Source: an uncultured Actinomycetota bacterium
GTDB taxonomy: Bacteria > Actinomycetota > Actinomycetes > Mycobacteriales > Mycobacteriaceae
Direction of reading: 5' to 3'
NCBI GenBank assembly: GCA_963836555.1
Contig: CAWIKT010000024.1
Coordinates: forward strand, 5,431-69,430
DNA: 64,000 bases
The notes under the pieces were generated by a model. That model was not told the DNA's origin. It saw only the letters and a list, made by a program, of their open reading frames with translations, and did not search any database. The position numbers and the translations under genes are program-made. Shown one piece after another: positions 1 to 10,465 of the stretch (its first letter is position 1; the number at the start of each line of letters is the position of its first letter).

Positions 1-1740
1 ACGGTCCGGCGTCGCGCCGGCAGGTTGGCCAACCTGGAGAGCGCGCTGGCCGAGACCGACGCCGACTCGCTGCGCGGAACGACCGGCTTGGGCCACACCC
101 GCTGGGCCACGCACGGACGTCCCACCGACCGCAACGCGCACCCGCACCGGGACGCGGCCGGCAAGTTCGCGGTCGTCCACAACGGCATCATCGAGAACTA
201 CGCGCCGCTACGCCAAGAGCTGGAGAACGCGGGCGTCGAGTTCGCCAGCGACACCGACACCGAGGTGGCCGTCCACCTGGTTGCCCGGAACTATCACCAC
301 GGCGAGACGGCGGGCGATTTCACCGCGTCCGTGTTGGCCGTGCTGCGGCGCCTCGAGGGCCACTTCACGCTGGTGTTCGCCAACGCCGACGAACCGGGCA
401 CGATCGTCGCGGCGCGTCGTTCGACGCCGTTGGTCGTCGGCATCGGCAAGGGCGAGATGTTCGTCGGCTCCGACGTCGCGGCGTTCATCGGACACACCCG
501 CGACGCCGTCGAACTCGGACAGGACCAGGCCGTCGCGATCACCGCCGACAGCTACCGGATCACCGACTTCGACGGCAACGACCTGACCGAGACCGCTCGC
601 GCTTTCCATATCGATTGGGACGTCAACGCCGCCGAGAAGGGTGGCTTCGAGTACTTCATGCTCAAGGAGATCGCCGAGCAGCCCACCGCGGTCGCAGACA
701 CGCTGCTCGGGCATTTCGTCGACGGCCGCATCGTGCTGGACGAGCAGCGGCTCTGCGATCAAGAACTGCGCGAGATCGACAAGGTCTTCATCGTCGCGTG
801 CGGCACGGCCTATCACTCGGGCCTGCTGGCCAAGTACGCCATCGAGCATTGGACCCGGCTACCCGTCGAGGTCGAACTGGCCAGCGAGTTCCGTTACCGC
901 GACCCGGTTCTGGACCGCAGCACGCTGGTGATCGCCATCTCGCAGTCGGGGGAGACCGCCGACACGCTGGAAGCCGTGCGGCACGCCAAGGAGCAAAAGG
1001 CCAAGGTGCTGGCAATCTGCAACACCAACGGCTCGCAGATTCCCCGCGAATGTGACGCCGTGCTCTACACCCGCGCCGGGCCGGAGATCGGGGTGGCGTC
1101 GACCAAGACGTTCCTGGCCCAGGTCGCCGCCAACTACCTGGTCGGGCTGGCGCTGGCCCAGGCCCGCGGCACTAAGTACCCCGACGAGGTCGAGCGCGAG
1201 TACCGCGATCTGGAGGCCATGCCCGATCTGGTGGCCCGCGTGATCGCCGAGATCGGGCCGGTCGCGGAGCTGGCCCACCGATTCGCCCAGGCGTCGACGA
1301 TCCTGTTCCTCGGCCGCCACGTCGGCTACCCGGTGGCACTGGAAGGCGCGCTGAAACTCAAGGAACTGGCCTACATGCACGCCGAGGGCTTCGCTGCCGG
1401 AGAGCTCAAACACGGCCCGATCGCGTTGATTGAAGACAATCTGCCGGTGATCATCGTGATGCCGTCGCCGAAGAGTTCGGCGATGCTGCACGGCAAGCTG
1501 CTGTCCAACATCCGCGAAATCCAGACGCGGGGTGCGATCACCATCGTGATCGCTGAGGAGGGCGACGACACTGTTCGGCCCTACGCTGACCACCTGTTCG
1601 AGATTCCGGCGGTGTCAACGCTTTTGCAGCCACTGCTGTCGACCATCCCGATGCAGGTGTTCGCGGCGTCGGTGGCGCAGGCCCGCGGTTACGACGTCGA
1701 CAAGCCGCGCAACCTGGCCAAGTCGGTCACCGTCGAGTAG
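1..1740 (+). CDS. glmS: Glutamine--fructose-6-phosphate aminotransferase, 5'-partial (begins before the window)
   Basis: GHTRWATHG and VVHNGIIEN GATase motifs, two SIS domains, C-terminal DKPRNLAKSVTVE; the frame is open to base 1. Confidence 0.98.
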   Translation, partial: TVRRRAGRLANLESALAETDADSLRGTTGLGHTRWATHGRPTDRNAHPHRDAAGKFAVVHNGIIENYAPLRQELENAGVEFASDTDTEVAVHLVARNYHHGETAGDFTASVLAVLRRLEGHFTLVFANADEPGTIVAARRSTPLVVGIGKGEMFVGSDVAAFIGHTRDAVELGQDQAVAITADSYRITDFDGNDLTETARAFHIDWDVNAAEKGGFEYFMLKEIAEQPTAVADTLLGHFVDGRIVLDEQRLCDQELREIDKVFIVACGTAYHSGLLAKYAIEHWTRLPVEVELASEFRYRDPVLDRSTLVIAISQSGETADTLEAVRHAKEQKAKVLAICNTNGSQIPRECDAVLYTRAGPEIGVASTKTFLAQVAANYLVGLALAQARGTKYPDEVEREYRDLEAMPDLVARVIAEIGPVAELAHRFAQASTILFLGRHVGYPVALEGALKLKELAYMHAEGFAAGELKHGPIALIEDNLPVIIVMPSPKSSAMLHGKLLSNIREIQTRGAITIVIAEEGDDTVRPYADHLFEIPAVSTLLQPLLSTIPMQVFAASVAQARGYDVDKPRNLAKSVTVE

Positions 1741-3664
1741 CCCGGGTCACGAATGCGGACCAGTCGGGTTCGCGGGTCGCCGCCCAGTACTCGTTGAGCC
1801 GCCACGGGCTGACCGTGTGGATCTCACCGTCGACGTTCTTGAAGTACGAATGCTTGACTCTCGGATGCGCCCACACCATCTGCTTGATCTCGTGCTGGGT
1901 GCGCTGGTGCCAGTCCGCCGCCGCCTCGGCGGTGGGTTCGATCGAATGCAGGCCTGCCTCAGCCAGTTTCGCCAGGCAGCTGTTGACGTAGCGCATCTGC
2001 AGCTCGGAGTTGAAGATCAGGCTGCCGCCGTGGGCCAGGTGCGCGCCCGGTCCGTAGATGACGAAGAAGTTGGGAAACTGCGGGACCGTGATGCCCAGGT
2101 AGGCGAACGGCCTGCTGCCCCAGACGCTGTGCAGGTCGGCGCCGTCGCGGCCGGTGATCGTCATCGGCCACAACACGTCGGTGTGACGAAAACCGGTGGC
2201 GTACACGATGATGTCGACGTCGTGGCGTTGACCGTCGTCGGTGACGATGCCATCTTCAGTGATCTGCTGGATCGGGGTGCGTACCAGGTCGACGTTGTCG
2301 CGGCGTAGCGTGCGCAGCCAGGTGCCGTCGTCCTGCAGCGTCCGCTTGCCGGTGGCCGGGTAGTCCGGTAGCACCTTGGCGAGCAACTCCTCGTCACCGT
2401 CGACCTGGCCGGTGATCCAGTCGGTGAACATCAGCCGGGCAATGGCATTGATCTCGCTGACCGCGTAGTCCTGGTTGGCGTACGACGGGTCGACCCGCGC
2501 AGCGTCGAGGCCTTTGTCGGACCCCGGCCACAGCACCAGGAATCGGTACCAGCGACCGTAGAAGGGCAGATGGTCCATCGCCCAACGCACCCCGTCGCCG
2601 ACCTCGTCGTGGTACATCGCGTTGGGGAACATCCATTGCGCGGTGCGCTGAAAAACGGTGAGGTGCTCGACGTCGTCGGCGATGGCCGGTGCGATCTGGA
2701 AGCCGCTGGCACCGGCGCCGATCAGCGCGACGCGCTTACCGGTGAGATCGACCGTGTGGTCCCACGTCGCCGAGTGAAACGACGGACCGCGGAATGTCTT
2801 GGCGCCGGGGAACTGTGGCACGTGCGGGCGGTTGAGCTGACCGACCGCGGTGATGACGGCGCGCGCCTGCAACGTGGTGAGACCCTCGTCCTCTTCGCGC
2901 GTGGTGATCGTCCACAAGCCGTCCTCGTCGTCCCATTCGACCGCGATGACCTCGCTGTGCCAGCGGACGTGGTCGCCGAGATGGTGTTTGTCCATCACGC
3001 GACCGAAATAGCTCTGCAGCTCCGGCTGTTCGGCGAAGAAATGCGACCAGTCGTTGCTGGGCTCGAAGCTGTAACAGTAGAAGTGGTTGGCGACGTCGAC
3101 GCGCGCACCCGGGTAGCTGTTCTCCCACCACGTGCCACCGGGGCCGGCGTTCTTCTCGAGGATGGTGAACGGAATGTTGGCCTGCCGCAACCGAATACCA
3201 GCCAGGATTCCCGACTCGCCGCAACCGATGACGACCACCGGCAGCTGTGCGGCGTGATCGGAGTCCAGCGGGGCCGGCCGGCGCGGGTCGACCCCCTCGA
3301 GGTCCATCTCTTCGAACAACAGCGGCAGGTAGTCGGCAGGAACTCTCTCGCAGACCGCCCAGTCCATCATCTCCCGGATCAGCTCCGGTGGCAGCGGCGC
3401 GACTTCGGGGCAGCCGCGGTCGCGGTAGGCGGCGATCACCGGCAGGGCTTCCGCACGGGCGCGGGCCTTGTCCTCTTCGGACATGAAGCCCTGAACTTCG
3501 TTGAGGAAGATCCCGGCGGGTTTGAAGTCACGCACGAAGCGGGGATCGCCGGTGATGTGCACCAGTGACAAGAGCAGCGTGGGGATGCTGACTTGCTCGA
3601 GCGCTGCGGCAATCTCGGTGCTGGAGGTGGTGAAAGGTTGGCCCGCGTAGCGGCTGCGCACCAA
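1727..3664 (-). CDS. Baeyer-Villiger flavin monooxygenase, long 4-hydroxyacetophenone-monooxygenase-like type
   Basis: GCGESG and GAGASG Rossmann motifs, GGTWWENSYPG, BVMO fingerprint FRGPSFHSATW, ATG motif; 645 aa with N-terminal extension; 14-nt convergent overlap with glmS. Confidence 0.88.
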   Translation of the reverse strand: MVRSRYAGQPFTTSSTEIAAALEQVSIPTLLLSLVHITGDPRFVRDFKPAGIFLNEVQGFMSEEDKARARAEALPVIAAYRDRGCPEVAPLPPELIREMMDWAVCERVPADYLPLLFEEMDLEGVDPRRPAPLDSDHAAQLPVVVIGCGESGILAGIRLRQANIPFTILEKNAGPGGTWWENSYPGARVDVANHFYCYSFEPSNDWSHFFAEQPELQSYFGRVMDKHHLGDHVRWHSEVIAVEWDDEDGLWTITTREEDEGLTTLQARAVITAVGQLNRPHVPQFPGAKTFRGPSFHSATWDHTVDLTGKRVALIGAGASGFQIAPAIADDVEHLTVFQRTAQWMFPNAMYHDEVGDGVRWAMDHLPFYGRWYRFLVLWPGSDKGLDAARVDPSYANQDYAVSEINAIARLMFTDWITGQVDGDEELLAKVLPDYPATGKRTLQDDGTWLRTLRRDNVDLVRTPIQQITEDGIVTDDGQRHDVDIIVYATGFRHTDVLWPMTITGRDGADLHSVWGSRPFAYLGITVPQFPNFFVIYGPGAHLAHGGSLIFNSELQMRYVNSCLAKLAEAGLHSIEPTAEAAADWHQRTQHEIKQMVWAHPRVKHSYFKNVDGEIHTVSPWRLNEYWAATREPDWSAFVTRATRR

Positions 3665-3784
3665 GGGGTCCTTTCGCTACGCGGAGTTTCGTAATTGGAA
3701 GTCAACGATACCGCGCGGCACCGTACCGGATCAAGGGTCGGCCATGCCATGGGCAACGCCGTGAGCCATGGCGACGACGGCCGG

Positions 3785-4711
3785 CTACTGGCGGGTCGCG
3801 CTCACGTAGCTGATCCCGGCAAAGTTCTTGGCCTCGTCATCGCCGAGGGTGGGCACCGGAATCCCATGGGAAGCAACGAGTTCCGCCGCGCCGGTCGACG
3901 TGGACTTCCACGCGTGGCGCTCCAGATACTCGACCACATCGTGGCGGTCGCCGCCGTACCAGAGGTCGGTCATCTCCACGTCGAACCCGTGCCTGCGCCA
4001 GCGTTCGGTGGACTGGCGCATCCGCTCGGCCATCACCGGTACGGCCTGGCCGGCGTTCGGGATGTTCTCGGTGGCCAGCCGGCTGCCCGCCGCACTGAGC
4101 TGGGTGATGTTGTCCAGCAGCGCATCCTGGGCCTCCGGCGGCAGGAACGGCAGCAGACCTTCGGCACTCCACGCGGCGGGCTGAGTGGAATCGAAGCCGG
4201 CGCCGCGCAGCGCAGTGGGCCAGTCCTTGCGCAGATCGATGGCCACCGCGCGCAGGTCGGCAGTCGGATGGGCCCCGAGATCGGCCAGCGTCTGGGCTTT
4301 GAACTCGATGACCGCGGGCTGGTCGATCTCGTAGACGGTTGTGCCGTCGGGCCAGGGCAGCCGGTAGGCGCGGGCATCCAGACCTGAGGCGAGGATTACC
4401 GCCTGGCGGATTCCGCCCTCGGCCGCCTCGATGAAGAAGTCGTCGAAGAAGCGGGTGCGCACGGCCATCATGTCGCCCATCCGCTGCATTCCGAACTCGC
4501 CGCCGTCGTCGACCTCGGCCGCATCCAATTCGCCACTGGCCAAGCGGGTGAAGAAGTCCACGCCCACCGCGCGCACCAGGGGTTCGGCGAAGGGATCGTT
4601 GATCAGCGGGTTCTCAGCCCGGTTCGCCAACGCGCGTCCGACCGCGACGCCGGTCGCGGTGGCGCCCACGCTGGTGGCCAGGTCCCAGGTGTCGTTGTCA
4701 GTGCGTGCCAT
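3785..4711 (-). CDS. SAM-dependent methyltransferase, mycobacterial Rv0726c/ML2640 family
   Basis: [19 protein letters not shown] start, [24 protein letters not shown]; GGAGGG RBS upstream of the ATG at 4711. Confidence 0.92.
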   Translation of the reverse strand: MARTDNDTWDLATSVGATATGVAVGRALANRAENPLINDPFAEPLVRAVGVDFFTRLASGELDAAEVDDGGEFGMQRMGDMMAVRTRFFDDFFIEAAEGGIRQAVILASGLDARAYRLPWPDGTTVYEIDQPAVIEFKAQTLADLGAHPTADLRAVAIDLRKDWPTALRGAGFDSTQPAAWSAEGLLPFLPPEAQDALLDNITQLSAAGSRLATENIPNAGQAVPVMAERMRQSTERWRRHGFDVEMTDLWYGGDRHDVVEYLERHAWKSTSTGAAELVASHGIPVPTLGDDEAKNFAGISYVSATRQ

Positions 4712-4780
4712 CCCACCCTCCTGATAATTAGCCTGTTTAATCGACTGTACCCGCGGTGCTGGGCACGTAATCTGGGCACA

Positions 4781-6205
4781 ATGCGGCACTACTACTCGGC
4801 TGAGGCGATCCGCGAGGCCGAAGCGCCGCTGCTGGCACGCCTTCCCGATGGCGCTCTGATGGCGCGTGCGGCATACGGATTGGCGACCGCGATCCTCGCC
4901 GAATTGACCGCTCGCACCGGGGGAGTCGCCGGACGGCGGGTCTGCGCGGTCGTCGGATCCGGCGACAACGGTGGCGACGCGTTATGGGCCGCGACCTACG
5001 TGCGCCGCCGCGGTGCGGCCGCCGACGCGATACTGCTCAAGCCGGAACACACCCACCGCGAAGGGCCTGGCCGCGTTCCGCAAAGCCGGCGGCCGCATCG
5101 TCGACAGCGTCGACGTGACGACCGATCTGGTGATCGACGGGGTCGTCGGCATCTCCGGCTCGGGGCCGCTGCGGCCGGACGCCGCCGAGATCTTCGCGGC
5201 GGTCGACGCGCAGGGGATTCCGGTGGTGGCCGTCGACATCCCCAGCGGCGTCGACGTCGCGACCGGCGCGATCAGCGGCCCGGCGGTGCACGCCGCGCTG
5301 ACCGTCACGTTCGGCGGCCTCAAGCCGGCCCACGCGCTGGCCGACTGCGGCCGGGTGCAACTGGTCGACATCGGCCTCGACCTGCCCGACACCGACATCG
5401 TCGGATTCGACGCGGCCGACGTCGGCGGCGCGCTGGCCGGTGCCGGGGCCGCACGACGACAAGTACACCCAGGGCGTCACCGGTGTGATGGCCGGCTCGT
5501 CGACCTATCCGGGCGCCGCGGTGTTGTGCACCGGCGCGGCCGTGGCGGCGACATCGGGAATGGTTCGCTACTCCGGCAGCGCCGCACGGCGAGGTGCTCG
5601 CCCACTGGCCCGAGGTGATCGCCTCGCCGACCCCGGCCGCCGCCGGGCGGGTGCAGGCCTGGGTGGTCGGGCCCGGGCTGGGCACCGACGAAAGCGGCGC
5701 TGCCGCACTGTGGTTCGCGCTGGAGGCCGACCTGCCGGTGCTGATCGACGCCGACGGGCTGACCATCCTGGCCGCACACCCCGACATGCTCGCCTCCCGT
5801 CGCGCGCCGACCGTGCTGACCCCGCACGCCGGCGAGTTCGCCAGGCTGGCCGGCGCTCCGCCCGGCGACGACCGCATCGGCGCCACCCGTAAGCTCGCCG
5901 ACACGCTGGGCGCGACCGTGCTGTTGAAGGGCAACGTCACCGTCGTCGCCGATCCGGGCGGCCCGGTCTACCTCAACCCGGCTGGGCAGTCCTGGGCAGC
6001 CACGGCCGGGTCCGGCGACGTGCTGTCCGGGATGATCGGCGCTCTGCTCGCCGCCGGGCTGCCTCCCGTTGAAGCCGCGGCCGCCGCGGCGTTCGTGCAC
6101 GCCCGCGCGGCGGCGCTGTCCGCTGCCGACCCGGGGCCCGGTGATGCGCCGACCTCGGCGTCGCGCATCCTCGGCCACATCCGCTCTGCCATAGCGAGCT
6201 TGTAG
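4781..6205 (+). CDS. nnr: Bifunctional NAD(P)H-hydrate epimerase/dehydratase (Rv3433c-like), split by apparent sequencing frameshifts
   Basis: [37 protein letters not shown] and [11 protein letters not shown] motifs spread over ORFs 4781-, 4971-, 5440- and 5594-6205. Confidence 0.9.
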
Positions 6206-6229
6206 CCACTCCCTCGAAAGGATCTGTCC

Positions 6230-7613
6230 ATGCCGCAACACCCGTCCATGCCCACCCACGCCCTCGCGCCCGCCTACACCGGCCGGATGTTCACCACCCC
6301 GGTGCCCGCGCTGCGGCTTCCCGAGGAGTCGATGGACCCCGAGGCCGCCTACCGCTTCATCCACGACGAGTTGATGCTGGACGGCAGCTCGCGGCTGAAC
6401 CTGGCGACCTTCGTCACCACTTGGATGGACCCCCAGGCCGGCAAGTTGATGGCCGAGACATTCGACAAGAACATGATCGACAAGGACGAATACCCAGCGA
6501 CCGCGGCCATCGAGCAGCGCTGCGTGTGCATGGTGGCCGACCTGTTCCACGCCGAAGGTCTGCGCGACGACGACCCGTCCAGCGCGATCGGGGTGTCAAC
6601 GATCGGGTCCAGCGAAGCGGTGATGCTCGGCGGGCTGGCGCTCAAATGGCGCTGGCGCGAGAAGGTCGGCAAAGACTGGGTGAAGCGGACGCCCAACCTG
6701 GTGATGGGTTCCAACGTCCAGGTGGTCTGGGAGAAATTCTGTCGCTACTTCGACGTCGAGCCGCGCTACCTGCCGATGGAGAAGGGGCGCTACGTCATCA
6801 CCCCCGAGCAGGTGATCGACGCCGTCGACGAGGACACCATCGGGGTGGTCGGGATCCTGGGCACCACCTACACCGGCGAGCTCGAGCCGATCGCCGAGAT
6901 CTGCGCGGCCCTCGACAAGCTGGCCGCCGGCGGCGGGGTCGACGTCCCGGTGCACGTCGACGCGGCCAGCGGCGGTTTCGTGGTGCCGTTCCTGCACCCC
7001 GAACTCAAGTGGGACTTCCGGCTGCCCCGCGTCGTCTCGATCAACGTCAGCGGGCACAAGTACGGCCTGACCTATCCCGGCATCGGCTTCGTGGTGTGGC
7101 GCAGCCAAGGAGCACCTGCCCGAGGACCTGGTATTTCACGTCAACTATCTCGGCGGTGACATGCCGACCTTCACGCTGAACTTCTCCCGCGCCGGCAACC
7201 AGGTGGTGGGCCAGTACTACAACTTCCTGCGCCTGGGCCGCGAGGGCTACACCCAGGTCATGCAGTCGTTGTCGCAGACGGCGCGGTGGCTGGGCGAGCA
7301 GCTGCGCGTAGGAGACCATTGCGAGCTGATCTCCGACGGCTCGGCGATCCCGGTGATCAGCTTCCGGCTGGCCAGGGATTGCGGATACACCGAATTCGAC
7401 CTGTCGCACGAGCTGCGCGGATACGGCTGGCAGGTGCCGGCCTACACCATGCCCGACAACGCCACGGACATCTCGGTGCTGCGCGTCGTGGTGCGGGAAG
7501 GCCTGTCGGCCGACCTGGCCCGCGCCCTGCACGACGACGCCCGCAGCGCACTGGCCAGCCTGGACAAGCTCAAGCCCGGTGGGCACTACCAGGCCGAGCA
7601 CTTCGCCCACTGA
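6230..7613 (+). CDS. gadB: Glutamate decarboxylase (one frameshift near 7108)
   Basis: NLATFVTTWM, HVDAASGGF, PLP-lysine motif NVSGHKYG; C-terminal part in ORF 7161-7613. Confidence 0.95.
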
Positions 7614-7653
7614 CCAGTTGGAATACGGCCGCGCGGGCGACGATTCTGGGACA

Positions 7654-8826
7654 ATGGCGGCCGTGGCCGCCGACGCCGACCTCGCTGACTCCGGGCGTCC
7701 TCGCCGAGGCGGTCGTGGATCTGGGCGCCATCGCGCACAACGTGCGGGTGCTGCGCGAGCACGCCGGCCGGCGCGCAGGTGATGGCCGTGGTCAAAGCCG
7801 ACGGCTACGGGCATGGCGCTGTCGAGGTCGCTCGGGCCGCGCTGGCCGCGGGTGCCACCGAACTGGGTGTGGCCACCGTCGACGAGGCGTTGGCGCTGCG
7901 GGCCGCAGGCCTCACCGCGCCGGTGCTGGCCTGGCTGCACCCGCCCGGCATCGACTTCGGTCCGGCGCTGCAGGCCGACGTGCAGATTGCGGTGTCCTCG
8001 GCGCGGCAGCTCGACGAGCTGTTGGGCGCGGTCCGGCGCACCGGCCGCACCGCCGCGGTCACCCTCAAGGTGGACACCGGCCTGAACCGTAACGGTGTAC
8101 CGCTGGCGCAATATCCGTCGATGCTCAAAGCGCTGCGGCGCCCGATCGCCGAGGACGCCATCCGGCTGCGTGGCCTCATGTCGCACATGGTGTACGCCGA
8201 CCAGCCCAACAACCCGATCAATAACGTTCAGGCGCAACGCTTTACCGACATTGTCGCCCTGGCGCGCGAGCAGAAGGTACCGTTCGACGTCGCGCATCTG
8301 TCGAATTCCTCGGCCACCATGTCGCGTCCCGAGCTCGCCTTCGACATGGTCCGGCCCGGTATCGCGCTGTACGGGCTGAGCCCGGTGCCGCGCCCTGGGT
8401 GACATGGGCCTGAAGCCGGCGATGACGGTGAAATGCACTGTTGCGCTGGTGAAGTCGATACACGCCGGTGAAGGCGTGTCATACGGCCACACCTGGATCG
8501 CGCAGCAGGACACCACCGTTGCGCTGATGCCGATCGGCTACGCCGACGGGGTCTTCCGGTCGCTGGGCGGCCGGCTCGAAGTGCTGATCAACGGGCGGCG
8601 TCGACCCGGTGTCGGCCGGGTCTGCATGGACCAGTTTCTGGTCGACCTCGGCCCGGGACACGTCGACGTCTCCGAAGGCGACGAGGCCATCCTGTTCGGG
8701 CCGGGAACCGACGGCGAGTCCACCGCGCAGGAGTGGGCGGACCTGCTGGACACTATCCACTACGAAGTGGTGACCAGCCCGCGCGGACGCATCGTCCGAA
8801 CCTATCGCGAGGCTGAAAAGCATTGA
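7654..8826 (+). CDS. alr: Alanine racemase (frameshifts near 7665, 7770 and 8395)
   Basis: [45 protein letters not shown]. Confidence 0.95.
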
Positions 8827-9950
8827 GCGAGACCCGTCTTGACGGCTTACATGTCAGCAGGCCGGCGCGGAGAAGGTGGCTGGCCGGCGCCGCTGGAGTA
8901 GGCGCGGTCGGCACCATCGCCGGAGCCACCGTGGCCCGTTCGATGCTGACCCGGCGCGCGAAGGTCAACGACCCTTTCGCCCACGAGGATTTCGAGTGGC
9001 TGGACGGCGATCGCAGCTATCTGGTGACGACCCCCGACGGCATCCATCTCGCGGTGCGCGAGGTCGGGCCCACCGACGCGCCGCTGACCGTCGTGTTCGC
9101 CCACGGCTTCTGTCTTCGCATGGGAGCTTTCCACTTCCAGCGCATGCGGCTGTCCGAGGAGTGGGGTTCGGGGGTCCGGATGATCTTCTACGACCAGCGC
9201 GGACACGGCCGCTCCGACGAAGCGCCACCCGAGACCTACACGATCAGCCAATTGGGCAAGGACCTCGAGACCGTGCTTCAGGTCATCGCACCGCGTGGCT
9301 CGATCGTGCTCGTCGGCCACTCGATGGGCGGGATGACGGTGCTGTCGCACGCCCGGCAGTTCCCGGAGCATTACGGCGGCCGCATCAGCGGTGTGGCGCT
9401 GATTTCGTCGGCGGCCGAAGGAGTCGCCGAGTCACCGTTGGGTGAAATCCTGAACAACCCTGCGCTGAACGCGGTTCGGCGCGCAGCACGATCGGCGCCG
9501 AAGTTGGTGGATCGCGGCCGCACCGCTGTTCGTTCGCTGATCGGGCCGGTTCTGCGCGCGGCGTCGTACTCCGACAAGCGGGTCAGCCCCAGCATCGTGG
9601 CGTTCTCGGAGAAGATGATGCTCGGCACGCCGATCCCGACCATGGTGGAGTTCTTGCACGCCTTGCAGGTTCATGACGAGACGGCGACGTTACCGACGCT
9701 GGCCAAGATCCCGACTTTGATCGTCTGCGGCGATCGTGATTTGGTCACGCCCGCCGAGTATTCGAGGAAAATGGCGGAGGTGTTGCCACGATCCGAGTTG
9801 GTCATCGTCGCCCGGGCGGGCCATCTTGTGCTGCTGGACAAGCCGGCGTCGGTCAACGACGGGTTGGTGCGCCTGGTGAAACACGCGAGTCCGGGCCGGT
9901 TCACTGCGCTGAGCCAGCGGCTGCGCGATCGGGTCATGCGCCGTGACTGA
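8823..9950 (+). CDS. Alpha/beta hydrolase (lipase/esterase) with N-terminal hydrophobic segment
   Basis: HGF oxyanion motif, GHSMGG nucleophile elbow, GDRD and AGH triad motifs; 4-nt overlap with the alr stop. Confidence 0.88.
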   Translation: MSETRLDGLHVSRPARRRWLAGAAGVGAVGTIAGATVARSMLTRRAKVNDPFAHEDFEWLDGDRSYLVTTPDGIHLAVREVGPTDAPLTVVFAHGFCLRMGAFHFQRMRLSEEWGSGVRMIFYDQRGHGRSDEAPPETYTISQLGKDLETVLQVIAPRGSIVLVGHSMGGMTVLSHARQFPEHYGGRISGVALISSAAEGVAESPLGEILNNPALNAVRRAARSAPKLVDRGRTAVRSLIGPVLRAASYSDKRVSPSIVAFSEKMMLGTPIPTMVEFLHALQVHDETATLPTLAKIPTLIVCGDRDLVTPAEYSRKMAEVLPRSELVIVARAGHLVLLDKPASVNDGLVRLVKHASPGRFTALSQRLRDRVMRRD

Positions 9951-10404
9951 CGCGGGAATGGCGACACTGCCGAGCGTCAACGACACCGTCGCACTGGGCT
10001 CTCGACTCGGCGGTCAATTGCGCGCCGGCGACGTGGTCATGCTGTCCGGCCCGCTCGGCGCAGGAAAGACGGTGCTGGCCAAGGGGATCGCCGCGGCGAT
10101 GAACGTCGACGGGCCGGTGACCTCGCCGACGTTCGTGCTGGCGCGGGTACACCCCGCGCGCCAGAGCGGCGCGCCGGCGATGATCCACGTCGACGTCTAC
10201 CGACTGCTCGACCATACCGGTGCCGACCTGCTCGATGAGTTGGAAAGCCTGGACCTCGACACCGAACTCGACGATGCGGTCGTCGTAGTGGAGTGGGGCG
10301 AAGGCTTGGCCGAACGGCTTTCCGAGCGGCACCTCGACGTCCGGCTGGAGCGAATCAGTAACTCCGACACCCGAACTGCGACGTGGCAGTGGAGTTGCCC
10401 GTGA
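9943..10404 (+). CDS. tsaE: tRNA t6A biosynthesis ATPase
   Basis: GPLGAGKT Walker A, SPTF, HVDVYRL, VVEWG. Confidence 0.96.
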   Translation: MTDAGMATLPSVNDTVALGSRLGGQLRAGDVVMLSGPLGAGKTVLAKGIAAAMNVDGPVTSPTFVLARVHPARQSGAPAMIHVDVYRLLDHTGADLLDELESLDLDTELDDAVVVVEWGEGLAERLSERHLDVRLERISNSDTRTATWQWSCP

Positions 10405-10465
10405 GCCGCCGCGTCGTCGACGATGCAGAGCGCAGCGATGAGGAGGAGCGGCGCCCGTGAGCCGC
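10397..10465 (+). repeat. MIRU-type element, copy A (56-bp period, 13-bp direct repeat) carrying a 19-aa coupling mini-ORF at 10401-10460
   Basis: GACGATGCAGAGCGCAGCGATGAGGAGGAG core; GCCCGTGAGCCGC repeated at 10397 and 10453; GTGA overlaps with the tsaE stop and the tsaB start. Confidence 0.9.
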
